Shown here in pieces: positions 26,679 through 32,000 of a stretch of 32,000 nt of DNA. A model generated the notes under the pieces. It saw only the letters and a list, made by a program, of their open reading frames with translations, searched no databases and was not told where the DNA came from. How positions within the stretch are numbered: the first letter of the stretch is position 1; the number at the start of each line of letters is the position of its first letter. The position numbers and the translations under genes are program-made. Source of the stretch: an uncultured Alphaproteobacteria bacterium (GTDB taxonomy: Bacteria; Pseudomonadota; Alphaproteobacteria; Rs-D84); assembly GCA_963931495.1 (NCBI GenBank), contig OZ007020.1, positions 810,001-842,000 of the forward strand, read 5' to 3'.

Positions 26679-27298
26679 TATTCTTCTTCGGAATCTTTTC
26701 TTTCTTTTATTTCCGTCAAAACAATACCATTATATTCAAAAAAAGATGGTCCACGATAATGCTTCCAATTATACCCAAGGTCTAGCATCAACTGTTTAGC
26801 AAGCTCGCTTAAAGAATACGTTTTACCCTCATAAATAACGTTGGCTAAATCTGGGGCAACTACACATGTTTTTTCTTTATTTCGTGTAAATGTTAAAATC
26901 GCACCCGCAGGAATCCCATATGTTGCAAAATTAAATCGCTTTGCTGTCACTGATAAATTATCGTTTGTTATTTGAATAGCATTCCCATTTTCATCAATCA
27001 TGTCATCATCTGTTTTTATTTCGGTTCCCAGCATGCATAACACAGAAACCACACGTTCTGGGGCTATTTTAAAGAACTCCCTGTTAGGTCGGATACGATA
27101 GTCAGAAAAAGCATCGTGTACCCTTTTTTCTTTAAATTCACAATTGTCGGTTTCTACTGCATAATGACACCTAAATGGCACCGGAACACTAGTAGAATCT
27201 AGGCTTGTCAAACGCTGTTTAATATCATTTGTTTTTCCAATTTTAACAATGCCTGGCATGGCATCATTAGTTAATACATATAAAATACCCTTTGCCAT
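26678..27298 (-). CDS. T5orf172/MUG113 (GIY-YIG-superfamily) domain protein with an extra C-terminal domain
   Basis: GILYVLTNDAMPGIVKIGKTNDIKQRLTSL...VHDAF..YRIRPNREFF is the T5orf172 pattern. The C-terminal ~95 aa (FNFATYGIPAGAILTF...CVV...VIYEGKTYSLSELAKQL...GPSFFEYNGIVL) resemble the RAMA/DUF4357-type modules often fused to it (tentative). SD AAGGTGG. Confidence 0.8.
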   Translation of the reverse strand: MAKGILYVLTNDAMPGIVKIGKTNDIKQRLTSLDSTSVPVPFRCHYAVETDNCEFKEKRVHDAFSDYRIRPNREFFKIAPERVVSVLCMLGTEIKTDDDMIDENGNAIQITNDNLSVTAKRFNFATYGIPAGAILTFTRNKEKTCVVAPDLANVIYEGKTYSLSELAKQLMLDLGYNWKHYRGPSFFEYNGIVLTEIKERKDSEEE

Positions 27299-27528
27299 AA
27301 AACCACCTTAGTTTAAACACTTTCTTTGTAACTGTTTTAACGATTGACCTGGCCAACATCCAGGTTCTATTGTTATTCCAGATAATTATACGAAATAATC
27401 GCAATTAAATCAAAGCTTATGTTGTATGTAGATGGTTCTAGGTGTATCTGGCAACAAAAGGCTGGAAAAAAAATCATTCCCATACTATTATTAACAAAGA
27501 AATTTACTTTATACAGAAAGGTTTTATC

Positions 27529-30500
27529 ATGACAGCAAATGATTTTCGCTTTTTTACCAATTCTGACAAAGACTCGTTGCTTGAGCGTTTCCAAAAAACA
27601 CTAAGGGGCGCAAAATATTTCGATGTCTTAGTTGGTTATTTTTTTTCCAGCGGTTTTAACAATTTAAGCGATGCCCTTGATTCTGTAGAAAAAATTCGCA
27701 TTCTTGTTGGCCTAAGCACAGATAGGCAAGTAGTTTCTATTTTAGAAGAATACAGAGAACAAGGACAATTAAAACTTTCTCGTCATGATGTAAAAGAAGA
27801 TGTTGCCAATCGCATAAAGAAAGAATATGAAAACTGTGAGGATTCACCTGAGGTTGAGCGAAGCACTGACATTTTACGCAAAATGATAGCAGAAAAACGT
27901 TTAGAAATTCGTGCTTTCCCTGAACGCAACATCCACGCTAAAGTCTATATCACTCGTTACCCAGAAGGAGATCGTGATTTTGGCCGTGTTATTACAGGTT
28001 CTAGTAACTTCTCTGAAAATGGTCTGTGTGCCAATCGTGAATTTAATGTAGAATTAAAAGACGAGCCTGATGTTCGCTTTGCTTTGGAACGTTTTGAAGA
28101 ACTTTGGAAAGACAGCGATGATGTCACCAAGGATTACATTGAAACAATTGACACGCATACCTGGTTAAACCCATCTATCACTCCATATGAAATATACTTA
28201 AAATTTTTGTATGAGTATTTCAAGGAAGAAATCAACTTTGATAAGGAGGGTGGTTTTATGCTACCAGACGGCTTTATGGAGTTGGAATACCAGAAACAAG
28301 CTGTGTCGGCGGCCAAAAAGATTTTGAATGCATACAACGGTGTTTTCTTGGCTGACGTTGTTGGGTTAGGAAAAACCTATATCACATCTTTGTTACTACA
28401 ACAGCTGCCGTCTGAACGCAAGCTTATTATCTGTCCGCCTGTGCTGATGGAAAGCTGGAAAAATGCCGTACGTGATTTTCGTGTTGGTGGCGCCTATGTT
28501 GAATCTCTAGGAAAACTGGATAGAGTTGAACGTGAGGCTGATAATTACGATGTAATTGTAATTGATGAAGCTCATCGTTTCCGCAATGAAGTCACATATG
28601 GGTATGAAAAATTGCAGCGGATTTGCCAAAACAAAAAAGTGGTTCTGGTATCTGCGACACCAATCAACAACAAGTTTGAAGACTTACTTTCCTTGATTAA
28701 ACTATTTCAGCCAGTTAAACAAAGTACAATTCCGGGTATTGTTAATCTTGAACAATTCTTTAAGACACAATCGGCTCGTTTAGTAGGAAAAGAAAAAGGC
28801 ACAAAAGAGTATTTGGACGCTATATCTGAAGCTTCTACAGAAATTCGCAACAAAGTGTTATCCCATTTGATGGTTCGCCGCACCCGCACCGAAATAAAAA
28901 AGTTCTTTAGTAAGGACATAAAAAATCAAGGGCTACATTTCCCTGAACCAGCCAACCCACAACGAATTGTCTATAAATTTGACAAACAGATAGATGCGAT
29001 ATTTAACCAGACCATTGATTTGTTAAAAAGCTTCTCATACTCACGTTATACACCGCTGTTGTTTTTGAAAGAAAAACCAGACCAACTGGTTGAACAACGC
29101 CAGCGCAATATCGGGGGGTTCATGAAGGGGATTTTGGTTAAACGTTTGGAAAGTAGTTTCTACGCTTTTAAACAGTCAACTAACCGTTTTGTGACTTCTT
29201 ATGAACGTTTTATTGATATGTTCCAAAAAGGCACTGTATACATTAGCAATAGGGTCAATGTTTACGATTTATTGGATAATGACCAAGAATCAAAACTGAT
29301 AAAATTGGTTGAAGAAGAAAAGGCAGAACAATACGAATCAAGTGCATTCAATGACGATTTCTTACCAAAATTAAGACAGGACTTAGCGATTTTAAAGCAG
29401 ATTCAAGAATTGTGGGCAAAAGTCAATAAAGACCCAAAAGCAGACGAATTTGTTCATATGTTAAAAACCGATAAGACTCTGGTAGGCAATAAAGTTATAG
29501 TGTTTTCTGAATCCAAAGAAACATCCGATATATTGTATGAACGTTTGTCTAAGGAATTCCCTGGACGTGTTTTACGTTATTCCAGTGAAGGTGCTGATTT
29601 TAATAATGTGAAATTACCGCCAGAAACAGCACGTCAGATTATCAATGAGAATTTTGACCCACGTGAAAAACAACAATCGAATGATATTGATATTTTGATC
29701 ACAACAGACGTCTTGGCGGAAGGTGTTAATTTGCACCGTGCTAATATACTGGTTAACTATGATTTACCATGGAATCCAACACGAGTTTTACAGCGTGTTG
29801 GCCGTATAAACCGTGTAGGTTCTAAATTTACAGAATATTTTGTGTATAACTGTTTCCCTACTGCAGAATCAAACGACCACATCCACTTGGAAGAAAATAT
29901 TATTTCTAAAATTCAGGCATTTCATAACACCTTGGGTAGTGATGCAAAAATTCTATCCGATGGCGAAGAAATAACCAGCCATGGACTGTTTGGACGTTTG
30001 AACAGCAAAAAAGAATTGGAAGGCGAGGACGATACAGCTGAATCAGAATTGAAGTATCTAACAGTAATACGTGATGTGCGTGATAAGGACCCTGCTTTAT
30101 TTGAGAAAGTGAAACGCTTACCACGAAAAGCTCGTACTGCAACCGTTTCTGAAGATAGACCAAACAGCCTTATTAGCTTCTTCCGCAAAGGGGCATTGAA
30201 AAAATTTGTTTATTCTGATGACAAGCGATCTGATGAGATTGACTTTATGACCGCCGCCAAGGCCTTTGAATGTACCAGCGCACAAGAAAAAAAGCCTATA
30301 CCAAAGGAATTCTTTAATTTGTTAAATCGTAACAAGGCGTTCTTAGATGCTCTGACACACACTGAAGAACACATGCCAACAATCCGTTCCGGTCGTTCCA
30401 ATGATTCAAATATTTTGACTGTGGTTAAATTTCTAATGAAAGACACCACCACATTCACAGAGGAAGACGAAGAATTTTTACAGGCTTTACGCAAAACCAT

Positions 30501-30702
30501 TGAAATGGGCATGCTGCCAAAAAAGACTGCTCAGGACACGAATAAAGAATTAAAAAAGCACAACCTGAATGACCGTATCAAAGTTCTGGGGTTGCTAAAA
30601 AGCCGTTTGTCCAAATCAGTCAATTATCGTACAAACACCCCGGAAAAACCTGCTGGGGACGTTCGTGAAATCATATTGTCTGAATACTTTTATGGAGAAT
30701 AA
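27529..30702 (+). CDS. PLD-family nuclease domain fused to an SNF2/DEAH-box helicase (1057 aa)
   Basis: A single HKD motif NIHAKVYITRY...ITGSSNFSENG (His codon 27934-27936). Helicase motifs DVVGLGKT (I), VIVIDEAHRFRN (II, 28558-), LVSATPINN (III), ITTDVLAEGVNL and LQRVGRINRVG (VI). ATG 27529 is preferred over the track start (27442) because the conserved domain begins there and AGAAAGG precedes it. Confidence 0.9.
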   Translation: MTANDFRFFTNSDKDSLLERFQKTLRGAKYFDVLVGYFFSSGFNNLSDALDSVEKIRILVGLSTDRQVVSILEEYREQGQLKLSRHDVKEDVANRIKKEYENCEDSPEVERSTDILRKMIAEKRLEIRAFPERNIHAKVYITRYPEGDRDFGRVITGSSNFSENGLCANREFNVELKDEPDVRFALERFEELWKDSDDVTKDYIETIDTHTWLNPSITPYEIYLKFLYEYFKEEINFDKEGGFMLPDGFMELEYQKQAVSAAKKILNAYNGVFLADVVGLGKTYITSLLLQQLPSERKLIICPPVLMESWKNAVRDFRVGGAYVESLGKLDRVEREADNYDVIVIDEAHRFRNEVTYGYEKLQRICQNKKVVLVSATPINNKFEDLLSLIKLFQPVKQSTIPGIVNLEQFFKTQSARLVGKEKGTKEYLDAISEASTEIRNKVLSHLMVRRTRTEIKKFFSKDIKNQGLHFPEPANPQRIVYKFDKQIDAIFNQTIDLLKSFSYSRYTPLLFLKEKPDQLVEQRQRNIGGFMKGILVKRLESSFYAFKQSTNRFVTSYERFIDMFQKGTVYISNRVNVYDLLDNDQESKLIKLVEEEKAEQYESSAFNDDFLPKLRQDLAILKQIQELWAKVNKDPKADEFVHMLKTDKTLVGNKVIVFSESKETSDILYERLSKEFPGRVLRYSSEGADFNNVKLPPETARQIINENFDPREKQQSNDIDILITTDVLAEGVNLHRANILVNYDLPWNPTRVLQRVGRINRVGSKFTEYFVYNCFPTAESNDHIHLEENIISKIQAFHNTLGSDAKILSDGEEITSHGLFGRLNSKKELEGEDDTAESELKYLTVIRDVRDKDPALFEKVKRLPRKARTATVSEDRPNSLISFFRKGALKKFVYSDDKRSDEIDFMTAAKAFECTSAQEKKPIPKEFFNLLNRNKAFLDALTHTEEHMPTIRSGRSNDSNILTVVKFLMKDTTTFTEEDEEFLQALRKTIEMGMLPKKTAQDTNKELKKHNLNDRIKVLGLLKSRLSKSVNYRTNTPEKPAGDVREIILSEYFYGE

Positions 30703-30705
30703 GTC

Positions 30706-32000
30706 ATGCGTATAGATGAAGCCAAACAATTAGTGACCAACGTATTAAAAAACGGATACGACGAAAATAAATTCCGTGAATTGGTGCGTAATCTGTTCAC
30801 AGACTTTACACCAAAAGATGATGTATACCGTGGCACCCTTATTTGGGAGGCTTTTCGTGAGCACATTTCTTCGTATAAACGTTTGGCGAAATACGAGAAT
30901 AATGGTCAGTCTATTGATGTCTTGGCCGTTTGTGTAAAAAGCGCCAACAAGTTGGAACATGCTCGCACTATGCTGCGTAATTTTGTGTCTAAATACCTGA
31001 ATGGTGGCCGTGGCGGTGTTACTAAAGATGCTGCTTTGGTCGCATTCTATGCACCAGAATGTTCTGATTGGCGATTATCATTGGTCAAAATGGATTACAA
31101 TTACAACGAGGAAAAACAAAGGATTCAAACCGATTTTACACCTGCACGACGCTACTCTTTCTTGGTTGGGGCCAACGAACAAGTTCATACAGCCTGCAAA
31201 CAGTTTTTAGACGTACTTGTAACTGGCGGCAATCCAACTCTACACGAGCTGGAACAGGTATTTAGCATTGAAACTGTATCCAAAGAATTCTTTGAAAAAT
31301 ATAAGGAGCTATTCCTGCGTTTGGTTGATTCTGTCAATGATATCCGTGAGAAAAATGCACGCATCAACTCTGATTTTGAACTCAATAACATAAGCACATC
31401 TTTGTTCTGCAAAAAACTATTGGGACAGATTGTTTTCCTGTATTTTTTGCAGAAAAAGGGTTGGCTAGGTGTAGAAAAAGGCAACCTGTGGGGTACTGGC
31501 GACAAGCACTTCTTGCGTTCTCTGTTTACTATGGCTATATCCAAGGGCGCAAATTATTTCAATGATTATCTCGAACATTTATTCTATGAGGCTATCGCTC
31601 AAAAACGTCCGAATGACTATTTCCCTCTATTTGAATGCAAAATTCCTTTCTTAAACGGAGGCTTGTTTGATCCTATAAAAGATTATGACTGGCGAGGATT
31701 TGACGTTTTAATACCTAATGAGATCTTCTCAAACAAAAATCCGACCAATGAAGGTGATATTGGGGACGGTATACTGGACGTATTTGATCGCTATAATTTC
31801 ACAGTTCGTGAAGATGAAGCGCTGGAAAAAGAAGTGGCTGTCGACCCAGAAATGTTGGGCAAGGTATTTGAAAACTTGTTGGAAGTCAACGATCGAAAAT
31901 CTAAAGGGGCATTCTATACTCCACGTGAAGTTGTTCATTTTATGTGCCAAGAATCCCTCATAAACTATCTGTATAACAAGGTCAATTGTGTTCAAAAAGA
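30706..32000 (+). CDS. Gamma-class N6-adenine DNA methyltransferase of Eco57I/MmeI/PglX/DrmMI type (N-terminal 431 codons; continues beyond window)
   Basis: Absent from the track because it runs off the window. My translation is open from ATG 30706 to 31998. Motifs seen: QIVFLYFLQKKGWLG, IPFLNGGLFD, ILDVFDRYNFTVRED, DPEMLGKVFENLL, and the start of the SAM-binding region GAFYTPREVV (31906-). The ATG lies 3 nt after the helicase stop, with GGAGA upstream. Confidence 0.88.
   Translation, partial: MRIDEAKQLVTNVLKNGYDENKFRELVRNLFTDFTPKDDVYRGTLIWEAFREHISSYKRLAKYENNGQSIDVLAVCVKSANKLEHARTMLRNFVSKYLNGGRGGVTKDAALVAFYAPECSDWRLSLVKMDYNYNEEKQRIQTDFTPARRYSFLVGANEQVHTACKQFLDVLVTGGNPTLHELEQVFSIETVSKEFFEKYKELFLRLVDSVNDIREKNARINSDFELNNISTSLFCKKLLGQIVFLYFLQKKGWLGVEKGNLWGTGDKHFLRSLFTMAISKGANYFNDYLEHLFYEAIAQKRPNDYFPLFECKIPFLNGGLFDPIKDYDWRGFDVLIPNEIFSNKNPTNEGDIGDGILDVFDRYNFTVREDEALEKEVAVDPEMLGKVFENLLEVNDRKSKGAFYTPREVVHFMCQESLINYLYNKVNCVQK

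Overview
The window reads as a bacterial chromosome segment. Gene content suggests an alphaproteobacterium: zapA next to a DUF4164/ZauP-like gene, an lptE-holA-map-radC block, and two SciP-like small HTH genes. This lineage call is inference only.

Most of the window is housekeeping:
- priA (5' part, cut by the window edge), miaA, gap, parC, zapA, radC, map, holA, lptE, ligA, fabI and rpmG.
- nrdD and nrdG (anaerobic ribonucleotide reductase and its activase).
- Four tRNAs: Glu-UUC, Asp-GUC, Leu-UAG and Asn-GUU, with recognisable promoters and terminators.

I recognised no rRNA, CRISPR array, transposase or integrase.

Accessory or unusual content:
1. From directly after tRNA-Asn (26394) to the window end there is an island. 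It carries a T5orf172/GIY-YIG-like gene, a PLD-nuclease::SNF2-helicase fusion gene, and a translationally coupled gamma-class N6-adenine DNA methyltransferase truncated at 32000. This looks like an unclassified ATP-dependent restriction/DISARM-like defence module and is my top candidate for a novel system.
2. The class III ribonucleotide reductase gene is split. The glycyl-radical motif sits in a separate 62-codon ORF. That ORF is in the same frame as nrdD, lies behind a single TAA, and has its own strong Shine-Dalgarno sequence.
3. An A+T-rich three-gene islet of small membrane or secreted proteins lies beside tRNA-Asp.
4. There are two Cys-rich secreted proteins, one of them with internal repeats.
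5. One lipoprotein has a TbpB-like C-terminal pattern.
6. An operon encodes an extremely acidic, probably disordered protein plus two membrane proteins.

Two real genes are missing from the supplied ORF track because they run off the window (priA, the methyltransferase). Two more are missing because they are under 60 codons (rpmG, a 39-aa lipoprotein).
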